A program made the translations under genes and the position numbers. Shown one piece after another: positions 1-6,824 of a stretch of 12,066 nucleotides of DNA; the stretch's first letter is position 1, and the number at the start of each line of letters is the position of its first letter. Below the pieces are notes generated by a model that was not told where the DNA came from, ran no database searches, and worked only from the letters and a program-made list of their open reading frames with translations. This stretch comes from Promethearchaeati archaeon (GTDB lineage Archaea; Asgardarchaeota; Heimdallarchaeia; JABLTI01), in contig JABLTI010000080.1 in NCBI GenBank assembly GCA_013166835.1, positions 1 through 12,066 on the forward strand, in the 5' to 3' direction.

Positions 1-70
1 GCGGGATAAATCCTATTAATATTGCTAAAATAGATATTGTTAATAATTTTGCATTTAATTTCAATAACAT
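1..70 (-). CDS. 5' end of a probable secreted or membrane protein, truncated by the window edge (MLLKLNAKLLTISILAILIGFIP...)
   Basis: Manual translation of the minus strand from ATG at 70 (or TTG at 64, with GAGAGG just upstream) is open to base 1. A basic then hydrophobic N-terminus looks like a signal peptide. Only 23 codons are visible. Confidence 0.4.
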   Translation of the reverse strand, partial: MLLKLNAKLLTISILAILIGFIP

Positions 71-374
71 CCTCTCATTTTTTGTTGAAAATTAATTAAT
101 ACCTACCTTATATTTTCGGTTTATTGTTTTTATTATTTATGCTTACAATAATTCTTGTTTAGAATTTAATGATTTCAAAATATCTTACTGAAAATCCAGA
201 ATAATCGTCTAAAGAAGTATCTATATTGATTTAATCTTGTGGTTTAGTCCATTTTAATTGAAAAGTATCAAATTGAGGAATCAACACATAATTAACAACT
301 CACACATTCAGTTATAACCAATTTGCCTTCATGAACTATTTTAGAAATATTATGTAACATCTTTCTCTTCAGAT

Positions 375-465
375 GAGATGTTCGGTTTGCAGATACTTCC
401 CACTTTAGCGTGTCCTTCCCGAACCGGACTGCTTGTCCTGCAAGAAGAAGTATGAGTCCTGAGCA
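375..465 (+). repeat. Intergenic structured repeat, copy 1
   Basis: GAGATGTTCGGTTTGCAGATACTTCCCACTTTAGCGTGTCCTTCCCGAACCGGACTGCTTGTCCTGCAAGAAGAAGTATGAGTCCTGAGCA aligns by eye with six other copies and is followed by a T-rich tract (about 476-486). Confidence 0.93.
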
Positions 466-536
466 CCATTATCTGTTCTTTTTTTTGTCACAATCCTTAT
501 TATTTGATGAACAGAAGTTATTCTCTAGTGAAAAAA

Positions 537-2225
537 ATGAAAGCTTCAGATCTTTTCGTAAAGGCTTTAGAAAATGAAGGGGTGGAATATATTTTTGGCA
601 TTCCTGGAGAAGAGAATCTAGATTTACTTGAATCAATCAGAAAATCTTCCATTAAATTGATTCTCACTAGACACGAACAAGCAGCTGGTTTTATAGCAGC
701 TACTTATGGAAGGTTTACAGGTAAAGCTGGAGTCTGTTTATCAACTCTAGGTCCAGGAGCAACAAATCTTGTAACAGCTGCTGCATATGCTCAATTGGGA
801 GGTATGCCTTTAGTTATGATTACAGGACAGAAACCAATAAAAAAAAGCAAACAAGGCAGATTTCAAATCGTTGATATTGTCAATATGATGAAACCCCTAA
901 CCTATTTCACTAAACAAATAGTCAATGGCAATGCAATCCCTTCTATAGTCAGAGAAGCATTCCGATTAGCAGAAGAAGAGAGACCTGGAGCAGTTCATAT
1001 AGAATTACCTGAAGATATAGCTAGGGAAGAAACCACTGCTACTATTTTTGAAAAACATGATATTAGACGACCATCTGCTGATGAAAAGGCTATTGATTCT
1101 GCTATAAAAATAATTGAATTAGCTAAACACCCCTTATTACTCATCGGTGCAGGAGCAAATAGGAAAAGAATACAGAACGCTTTAGAGGAGTTCATTAATA
1201 AAACGGGAATACCATTTTTCAATACTCAAATGGCTAAAGGGGCTGTAGATGAAAGGCACCCTCTTTTTTTGGGTACAGCAGCTTTGTCAGATAATGATTA
1301 TCTTCATTGTGCAATTCGTAAAGCTGATTTAATTATCAATGTTGGTCATGATATTATTGAAAAACCTCCTTTCTTCATGCGTCATGGTGAGACAAGAGTT
1401 ATTCACTTAAATTTCTTCAAAGCTCACATAGATGATGTTTATTTTCCTCAAATTGAAGTTATTGGAGATATAGCTAATTCCGTTTCTAAAATAACTGAAA
1501 ATATCGATGTAAGTCAAAAGTGGGATTTTAAATATTTCAAAAAAGTAAAGAAAGAAGTCGATAACCACACCCAACAAGGATCAGACTGTAATGATTTTCC
1601 TGTTAAACCACAGAGATTAGTAGCAGATGTTAGAAAAGCTGTTCCTGAAGATGGAATTATTACACTAGATAACGGAATATACAAGATATGGTTTTCTAGA
1701 AGTTATTATGCTTATGAACCAAATTCTATTATCTTGGATAATGCTTTAGCAACTATGGGTGCAGGTTTACCATCAGCTATAGCAGCAAAGATTGTTTATC
1801 CAAAGAAGAAAGTTCTAGCTATTTGTGGCGATGGAGGATTTCTTATGAATTCACAAGAATTAGAAACAGCCATTCGATTAAATCTTGATTTTACCGTTTT
1901 AATTATTAATGATAGTGGTTATGGTATGATAAAATGGAAGCAAAAAATCATGAAATTTGAGGATTGGGGATTAGATTTCTCAAATCCAGATTTCGTAAAA
2001 TATGCAGAAAGTTATGGAGCAAAAGGATATAGACTTTCTAAGACTGAAGATTTATTGCCACTTTTACAAAATTGTTTGAACTCAAAAGGAGTACATGTTA
2101 TTGATCTACCTATAGACTATTCTGAAAATGTTAAAGTCCTTATTGATGAGTTACTTAAATTGGTTTGTATCTTAGATCCATCAACAGAGCCACTAAAAGA
2201 AATGAAATTAGAGTTTCATTCATGA
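537..2225 (+). CDS. ThDP-dependent enzyme, acetolactate synthase large subunit-like (possibly a 2-oxoacid or 2-oxoglutarate decarboxylase)
   Basis: N-terminal FGIPGEENL, RHEQAAGF (catalytic Glu), STLGPGATN, and the ThDP-binding GDGGFLMN...NDSGYG motif. The start is more likely ATG 537 (MKASDLFVKALENEG, a typical family N-terminus) than 504. No small regulatory subunit or other ilv genes are nearby. Confidence 0.9.
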   Translation: MKASDLFVKALENEGVEYIFGIPGEENLDLLESIRKSSIKLILTRHEQAAGFIAATYGRFTGKAGVCLSTLGPGATNLVTAAAYAQLGGMPLVMITGQKPIKKSKQGRFQIVDIVNMMKPLTYFTKQIVNGNAIPSIVREAFRLAEEERPGAVHIELPEDIAREETTATIFEKHDIRRPSADEKAIDSAIKIIELAKHPLLLIGAGANRKRIQNALEEFINKTGIPFFNTQMAKGAVDERHPLFLGTAALSDNDYLHCAIRKADLIINVGHDIIEKPPFFMRHGETRVIHLNFFKAHIDDVYFPQIEVIGDIANSVSKITENIDVSQKWDFKYFKKVKKEVDNHTQQGSDCNDFPVKPQRLVADVRKAVPEDGIITLDNGIYKIWFSRSYYAYEPNSIILDNALATMGAGLPSAIAAKIVYPKKKVLAICGDGGFLMNSQELETAIRLNLDFTVLIINDSGYGMIKWKQKIMKFEDWGLDFSNPDFVKYAESYGAKGYRLSKTEDLLPLLQNCLNSKGVHVIDLPIDYSENVKVLIDELLKLVCILDPSTEPLKEMKLEFHS

Positions 2226-2298
2226 AAATATAATTTTGTAAAACCGTACAATTATATAGACCTACATTCAAAGTTCTTACTGTATTGCAAAGGTGAAG

Positions 2299-3669
2299 AT
2301 GTTGACATTAGTTTCAATAAATCCTACTACTGGTGAGAAAATTAAAGAATATCAAGAAATGACACCAGAAGATGTTTCAGAAATATTACAAAAATCTAAT
2401 GAAGAATTTAAGAAATGGAGACGAGTTGCTTTTAGTGAAAGAAAGAAATTAATGTTAAAAGCTGCCAAAATCTTACGAGACAACAAAAATTCCTATGCAA
2501 AAATGTTGACTTTAGAGATGGGGAAAATCTTTAAGGATGCTATTGCTGAAGTAGAGAAATGTGCTTGGGTTTGTGAATATTATGCTGAAAATGCTGAAAC
2601 AATTCTAAAACCTGAGTTAGTTGAAACAGAAGCAACAAAAAGTTTTGTAGCTTTTCAACCATTAGGAGTAATTCTTGCAGTTATGCCATGGAATTTTCCA
2701 TATTATCAAGTATTCAGATTTGCTGCACCAGCTCTCATGGCTGGGAATGTCGGTGTTTTAAAACATGCTTCTAATGTTCCCGGTTCTGCTTTAATAATTG
2801 AAGAAGTTTTTAGAAAAGCTGGTTTTCCTGAATATGCATTCAAAACATTACTTATTGGTAGCAAACAAGTTGCAGCAGTAATAGAAAATGACATAGTAAA
2901 GGCTGTTACTTTAACTGGAAGCACTCCAGCAGGCAGAGCAGTAGCTTCTAAAGCCGGTGAAATGCTCAAGAAAACTGTTTTGGAATTAGGTGGTAGTGAT
3001 CCGTATATTATTCTTGAAGATGCAGATAATGAAGGAGCTGTAATGACTTGTGCCTATAGCAGATTAATTAATGCTGGACAAAGTTGTATAGCCGCTAAAA
3101 GATTTGTTATAGTGGAATCAAAGAAAGATGATTTTGTAGAAAGATTTGTAGAATCCATGAAATTAATGGAAATGGGTGACCCACTCAAACCTTCAACAAA
3201 TGTAGGTCCTTTGGCTAGATATGATTTAAGGGATGAGCTTCATCAACAGGTTCAAAAAAGTATAGAAATGGGCGCTGAGCTGCTTCTGGGTGGGTACATT
3301 CCTGAAGGTCCTGGAGCTTTTTATCCTCCAACAATCCTTACTAATGTAAAGAAGGGCATGCCAGCATATGATGAAGAACTTTTTGGACCAGTTGCCAGTA
3401 TCATTATAGCAAAAGATGAGAAGGAAGCAATCTCCATTGCAAATGATTCAATTTTTGGTTTAGGAAGTGCTGTTTTTACCAAAGATATTGCTAGAGGAGA
3501 AAGAATTGCTGTTGAGGAAATTGAAGCAGGAAGTTGTTTCATTAATACGTTTGTAAGATCTGATCCTAGATTACCTTTTGGTGGAACTAAACTAAGTGGA
3601 TATGGTAGAGAATTGTCTCATTATGGTATCAAGGAATTTGTTAATATCAAGACCATCTATATAAAATAA
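2299..3669 (+). CDS. NAD(P)-dependent aldehyde dehydrogenase, succinate-semialdehyde dehydrogenase (Sad/GabD1-like)
   Basis: Motifs MPWNFP, LKHASNVP, TLTGS, LELGGSDP (catalytic Glu), NAGQSC (catalytic Cys), EELFGPV and PFGGTKLSGYGRELS. GGTGA at 2292-2296 is probably the RBS, so the start is ATG 2299 or TTG 2302 rather than GTG 2293. Confidence 0.92.
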   Translation: MLTLVSINPTTGEKIKEYQEMTPEDVSEILQKSNEEFKKWRRVAFSERKKLMLKAAKILRDNKNSYAKMLTLEMGKIFKDAIAEVEKCAWVCEYYAENAETILKPELVETEATKSFVAFQPLGVILAVMPWNFPYYQVFRFAAPALMAGNVGVLKHASNVPGSALIIEEVFRKAGFPEYAFKTLLIGSKQVAAVIENDIVKAVTLTGSTPAGRAVASKAGEMLKKTVLELGGSDPYIILEDADNEGAVMTCAYSRLINAGQSCIAAKRFVIVESKKDDFVERFVESMKLMEMGDPLKPSTNVGPLARYDLRDELHQQVQKSIEMGAELLLGGYIPEGPGAFYPPTILTNVKKGMPAYDEELFGPVASIIIAKDEKEAISIANDSIFGLGSAVFTKDIARGERIAVEEIEAGSCFINTFVRSDPRLPFGGTKLSGYGRELSHYGIKEFVNIKTIYIK

Positions 3670-3731
3670 CCAAGCTACAATAAAACAATAAGTTTTAATC
3701 TAAAATTTTTTTACAATTACTTCTAATCATC

Positions 3732-3792
3732 TTAGCGTGTCCTTCCCGAACCGGACTTCTAGCCCTTAAAGAAGAAGTGTGAGTCCTGAGCA
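3732..3792 (+). repeat. Intergenic structured repeat, copy 2 (5'-truncated)
   Basis: TTAGCGTGTCCTTCCCGAACCGGACTTCTAGCCCTTAAAGAAGAAGTGTGAGTCCTGAGCA, followed by a T-rich tract. Confidence 0.93.
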
Positions 3793-4004
3793 TCGATTAT
3801 TTTTTCTTCTTTCTTTGAACTGCTTCCAATCTATCAAGAGATGATGTTTTTTTAAATTTGGAGTTTTATCTAGAATTAGACAAAAGAAACATAATTTCTA
3901 TAGAGGATATTTATTACAAGCTTCAGTTATTGTAATATTAATAGTTTTAAAACGCTAGAAGAGACTATGCAAGGAGATATTGATTAATAAAGTAGGTTGC
4001 ACCT

Positions 4005-4436
4005 ATGACTGAGAGTCCTTTCACTGATCCCACTCACCAACCAACCTTGGAGGAAATCAGATCAGCTCTAGGTTCTTGCTTCCCTCTCTGGGAACGCTTA
4101 ACCACTTTTATCGAGGAAACCTATAAGATAGAAGGAACTTGGAGCACTTGGGGTCCAGCAAAAACTGGTTGGAATCTCCGTTACCGACGAAAGGGTAAAT
4201 CACTGACTGCTTTACATCCTCAACAAAATCGGATTCTTGTACAAATCGTACTCGGTAAGGTTCAAGCTGAACGTGCTCTACAGCTTGAGCTTGGAGAGAA
4301 GGTCTCACGAATGTTGCAGGAGTCCCCGCAGTTGCGAGACGGACGTTGGCTGCACATTCCAGTGACCAGTGAATCCAATGCAAATGATGTGGAAAGTCTT
4401 TTACTGGCAAAGATACGACCACCTCGAAAGTTTTGA
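4005..4436 (+). CDS. DUF3788-like hypothetical protein
   Basis: 143-aa ORF with the pattern PTLEEI...W..L...IEETY...G.K.GW...Y.RKGK.L..L.P...V.IVLG...DGRWL.I.V...DV..LL..K, recalled as typical of DUF3788. No HMM was run. Confidence 0.72.
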   Translation: MTESPFTDPTHQPTLEEIRSALGSCFPLWERLTTFIEETYKIEGTWSTWGPAKTGWNLRYRRKGKSLTALHPQQNRILVQIVLGKVQAERALQLELGEKVSRMLQESPQLRDGRWLHIPVTSESNANDVESLLLAKIRPPRKF

Positions 4437-4529
4437 GGTTTTGGTTGTAGAAAATCAAGAAATCAATTCTCTTATTCATTCGACCGATATCGCTAATTAT
4501 CCTTTTCTCTTTCTTTTACATAATACAAT

Positions 4530-4590
4530 CGAGTTGCTCAGCCAGCAGGTACTTCCCACTTTAGCGTGTCATTCCCGCACCGGACTGCTA
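4530..4590 (+). repeat. Intergenic structured repeat, copy 3 (3'-truncated)
   Basis: CGAGTTGCTCAGCCAGCAGGTACTTCCCACTTTAGCGTGTCATTCCCGCACCGGACTGCTA. Its first about 30 nt are identical to the corresponding part of copy 4. Confidence 0.92.
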
Positions 4591-4609
4591 ACTTTTCAAA
4601 GAGTGAATG

Positions 4610-4619
4610 TTTTTATAAG
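4610..4619 (+). promoter_or_regulatory. Candidate archaeal TATA box for TA module 1
   Basis: TTTTTATAAG lies about 35-45 nt upstream of ATG 4654, and an AGTGAT RBS-like motif sits just before the start. The AT-rich background lowers specificity. Confidence 0.4.
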
Positions 4620-4653
4620 CGAGAAGAAGCTATAGTTAAGTAAGTGATTAGTA

Positions 4654-4893
4654 ATGGCTGATGATTGGAAAGCACACATAAGCTCGAAAGTAACCATTTG
4701 CCATGGAAGAGTGTGTATAAAGGATACTAGAGTGATGATTTCTGTCATCCTTGATTGCCTAGCTGAAGGTATGTCTGAGGAAGATATTCTTAAGGAGTAC
4801 CCTTCATTGAAGAAGGGTGATGTGAATATCGCAATCCAATATGCTGCTTCTCTTGCTCGTGGTGAAACTATCCCTTTACGAGCTGAAAGTTGA
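4654..4893 (+). CDS. DUF433-family protein (putative antitoxin, HTH-like)
   Basis: ICHGRVCIKDTRVMISVILDCLAEGMSEEDILKEYPSLKKGDVNIAIQYA matches the DUF433 pattern G.P.I.GTR+.V..IL..LA.G.S.EEIL..YP.L...DI.AAL.YA. Confidence 0.9.
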   Translation: MADDWKAHISSKVTICHGRVCIKDTRVMISVILDCLAEGMSEEDILKEYPSLKKGDVNIAIQYAASLARGETIPLRAES

Positions 4894-4903
4894 AGGTGTT
4901 GCC

Positions 4904-5269
4904 ATGAAATTCAAGCTCGATGAGAACGTTCCGTTTTCTTTGAAGAAACTTATCGAATCAAGAGGCGATCACCAAGTTGAGAGTGTTTTTCATGAGAAAA
5001 AAATCGGGATAGATGATCACACTTTGCTTGAATTATGCCTTCAGGAACAAAGAATTCTCATAACTCTTGATACTGATTTCAATAATCCAGTTATGCATCC
5101 TAAGGATTCGTTATATGGGATAATCATTCTTCGACCTTCTACTCAAGGGAAAAAGGCTGTTACTTCCTTACTCTCTCATTTCATGAGCAGTTATGAGTTT
5201 GAAAAAACCATAAAGAAAGTTCTTCTCGTTGAGTCTGAAAATATTTCTATTCGATGGGATTGTATTTAG
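4904..5269 (+). CDS. DUF5615-family PIN-like protein (putative toxin)
   Basis: MKFKLDENVP...GIDDHTLL...EQRILITLDTDF...GIIILR carries the acidic PIN-like residues. The true start is ATG 4904 (after GAAGGTG), not 4841. It lies directly downstream of the DUF433 gene. Confidence 0.88.
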   Translation: MKFKLDENVPFSLKKLIESRGDHQVESVFHEKKIGIDDHTLLELCLQEQRILITLDTDFNNPVMHPKDSLYGIIILRPSTQGKKAVTSLLSHFMSSYEFEKTIKKVLLVESENISIRWDCI

Positions 5270-5278
5270 TAAAATTAA

Positions 5279-5393
5279 GTGTTGTTCCCGTCTAGTTTTC
5301 GGGCGAGTTGCTCAGCCAGCAGGTACTTCCCACTTCAGCGTGTCCTTCCCGAAACGGACTGCTAGCCCTGCAAGAAGTAGTGAGTGTTAAGTA
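5279..5393 (+). repeat. Intergenic structured repeat, copy 4 (near full length)
   Basis: GTGTTGTTCCCGTCTAGTTTTCGGGCGAGTTGCTCAGCCAGCAGGTACTTCCCACTTCAGCGTGTCCTTCCCGAAACGGACTGCTAGCCCTGCAAGAAGTAGTGAGTGTTAAGTA is colinear with copy 5 over about 115 nt. It fills almost the whole gap between two convergent stop codons. Confidence 0.93.
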
Positions 5394-5405
5394 ATTGCTC
5401 TTTAA

Positions 5406-5765
5406 TCAAGGTAGTTCTACAATTCTCATGTGCTTCTCGTGAATAACAACAAATTTCTCAAAAGGATTGAATTCTTTATCTTCTAGTATTCTCTTAATAA
5501 TTGATTTTATTTTGTCAGGAGAAGTTGGTGGAAATCTAAGTAAGATTATCCCCTTTGATTTCACCTTTTCCTTAAAAATTAGTTGACCAAAGTCTTTGTC
5601 AAAGCTTATTATCACTAGCTCATTAACAAACGCAAATTTCATTATATCTTTATCATTCATCCCTCTCTTACTCGAAGCAATACTTTCAATTGGAAATCCT
5701 TTCTCACTTAACTCCTTAATTACCACTAGAGGTATATTCTCATCTGCAAGGTACTTGATTTTCAT
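5406..5765 (-). CDS. DUF5615-family PIN-like protein (putative toxin)
   Basis: MKIKYLADENIP...GMNDKDIM...VIISFDKDFGQLIF...GIILLR. Its start overlaps the DUF433 stop codon (ATGA, 5762-5765), which suggests translational coupling. Confidence 0.9.
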   Translation of the reverse strand: MKIKYLADENIPLVVIKELSEKGFPIESIASSKRGMNDKDIMKFAFVNELVIISFDKDFGQLIFKEKVKSKGIILLRFPPTSPDKIKSIIKRILEDKEFNPFEKFVVIHEKHMRIVELP

Positions 5766-6007
5766 TCTTCAACCTTCACTGGTCGCAATTGTTCCTCTTT
5801 TATAATGATTCTTGCATAATCTATTGCAGCGAGAATATCTGCTTTCTTTAGTTGAGGATAATTTTCCAAGATAGTTTCATATGCCCAATCATTTGCTAGC
5901 AACTCTAAAATAAACTCAACTGCTATTCTTGTTCCTTTTATGATTGCTTTACCTGTCAGTACCTTTGGATTTACCTCTATTCTTTCGTTTATTAAAGGAG
6001 TTGTCAT
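5762..6007 (-). CDS. DUF433-family protein (putative antitoxin)
   Basis: RIEVNPKVLTGKAIIKGTRIAVEFILELLANDWAYETILENYPQLKKADILAAIDYA is a canonical DUF433 pattern. Confidence 0.92.
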   Translation of the reverse strand: MTTPLINERIEVNPKVLTGKAIIKGTRIAVEFILELLANDWAYETILENYPQLKKADILAAIDYARIIIKEEQLRPVKVEE

Positions 6008-6039
6008 ACATTCATCACTAGATATCTTATTCCTATTTT

Positions 6040-6056
6040 CTTATATTAACTCTTTT
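6040..6056 (-). promoter_or_regulatory. Candidate BRE/TATA promoter for TA module 2
   Basis: The minus strand reads AAAAGAG-TTAATATAAG about 35-45 nt upstream of ATG 6007, with an AGTGAT RBS-like motif before the start. The layout matches module 1. Confidence 0.35.
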
Positions 6057-6084
6057 ACACATTATTTATTCTGACAAAAAACCT

Positions 6085-6200
6085 GTGGTGTACGCGTCGA
6101 GTCTTCGAGCGAGATGTCAGCCAGCAGGTTCTTCCCACTTTAGCGTGTCCTTCCCGAAACGGACTTCTAGACCTTCAAGAAGAAGTATGAGTCTTGAGCA
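6085..6200 (+). repeat. Intergenic structured repeat, copy 5 (longest, about 116 nt)
   Basis: GTGGTGTACGCGTCGAGTCTTCGAGCGAGATGTCAGCCAGCAGGTTCTTCCCACTTTAGCGTGTCCTTCCCGAAACGGACTTCTAGACCTTCAAGAAGAAGTATGAGTCTTGAGCA, followed by TCTTTTTTT. Confidence 0.94.
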
Positions 6201-6463
6201 TCTTTTTTTCCGAAAAGTAAATGAATTTATTAATTAATGTTTGCTAAATAAAAGAATGAGATGAATTTCATTTTTTCTTTAATAATTTACATATAACCTC
6301 TCATAATTTTAGAATAATTTCCAAATCTATGAGAATTTTTTTAACTCTAATATTTTATAAAAATCTAATACACTCTCTTATGAAGGTCTTCTGGCTATAT
6401 CAAGGGATTATACAATTGCTGAAGGATTTTTGTGATGATGTATAACTAAAAAGGAGGAAAAAT

Positions 6464-6775
6464 ATCTCATATAAAATAAAAATAACTTTTGTGAAAGTTT
6501 TTGGACCAAAAGAAATAATTGGTAAAGATTTCATCCTACTTTCTGGAAAACCAATACAAAAATGTGGTTTTTTTGATGAAGGGGATAAATTCATAGTACC
6601 AAAAACAGGAATAATGTCTGAAGGTTTTTGCCAACATGCTTATTACGCAATTTACAGGAGCTTAGATTTCATTAGATTGAGTGGAGGATACAAGGATTGG
6701 ACTGGTGAAGATGTTATCTACAGTGCTTGTTCTGATGGCATTCGACCTGTTTGTTTTAAATTAGAAAGAATATGA
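6464..6775 (+). CDS. TIGR04076-like small Cys-containing protein
   Basis: C.FF.EGD.F...GFC..AY..IY...L.GG...W...ACSDGIRPV.FKLERI matches the family as recalled. The frame is open upstream of GTG 6491 and encodes (I)SYKIKITF from ATC 6464, just after AGGAGG. Confidence 0.75.
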   Translation: MSYKIKITFVKVFGPKEIIGKDFILLSGKPIQKCGFFDEGDKFIVPKTGIMSEGFCQHAYYAIYRSLDFIRLSGGYKDWTGEDVIYSACSDGIRPVCFKLERI

Positions 6776-6824
6776 GTTTCTCTTTGAAGCTCATTAAAAA
6801 GATTGTAAATAGGATGTTATTTGT

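Noticed and set aside
995-3542. Minus-strand ORFs 995-1222, 2706-2969 and 3321-3542
   Set aside because: Antisense shadows of well-supported enzyme genes, with no recognisable motifs.
4108-4635. ORFs 4108-4479 (-) and 4369-4635 (+)
   Set aside because: They overlap the DUF3788-like gene, and the second also reads through repeat copy 3. Neither has a protein-family signal.
5279-5393. Classical integron attC sites
   Set aside because: There is no conserved RYYYAAC...GTTRRRY pair on either strand. GTTAAGT (5386-5392) and GTTGAAT (after copy 6) occur but are not shared by copies 1, 2 and 5. No integrase is present in the window.
6140-6200. Hammerhead ribozyme (CGAAAC and ATGAGTC resemble core pieces)
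   Set aside because: The CUGANGA core is absent, and GAAA is not conserved (GAAC in copies 1 and 2, GCAC in copy 3).
6085-6200. tRNA, SECIS or C/D-box RNA identity for the repeat
   Set aside because: No cloverleaf or T-loop consensus, no adjacent ORF with an evident in-frame Sec UGA, and no conserved RUGAUGA box C.
5596-6594. ORFs 5596-5805 (+) and 6400-6594 (-)
   Set aside because: Antisense to the DUF5615/DUF433 and TIGR04076-like genes.
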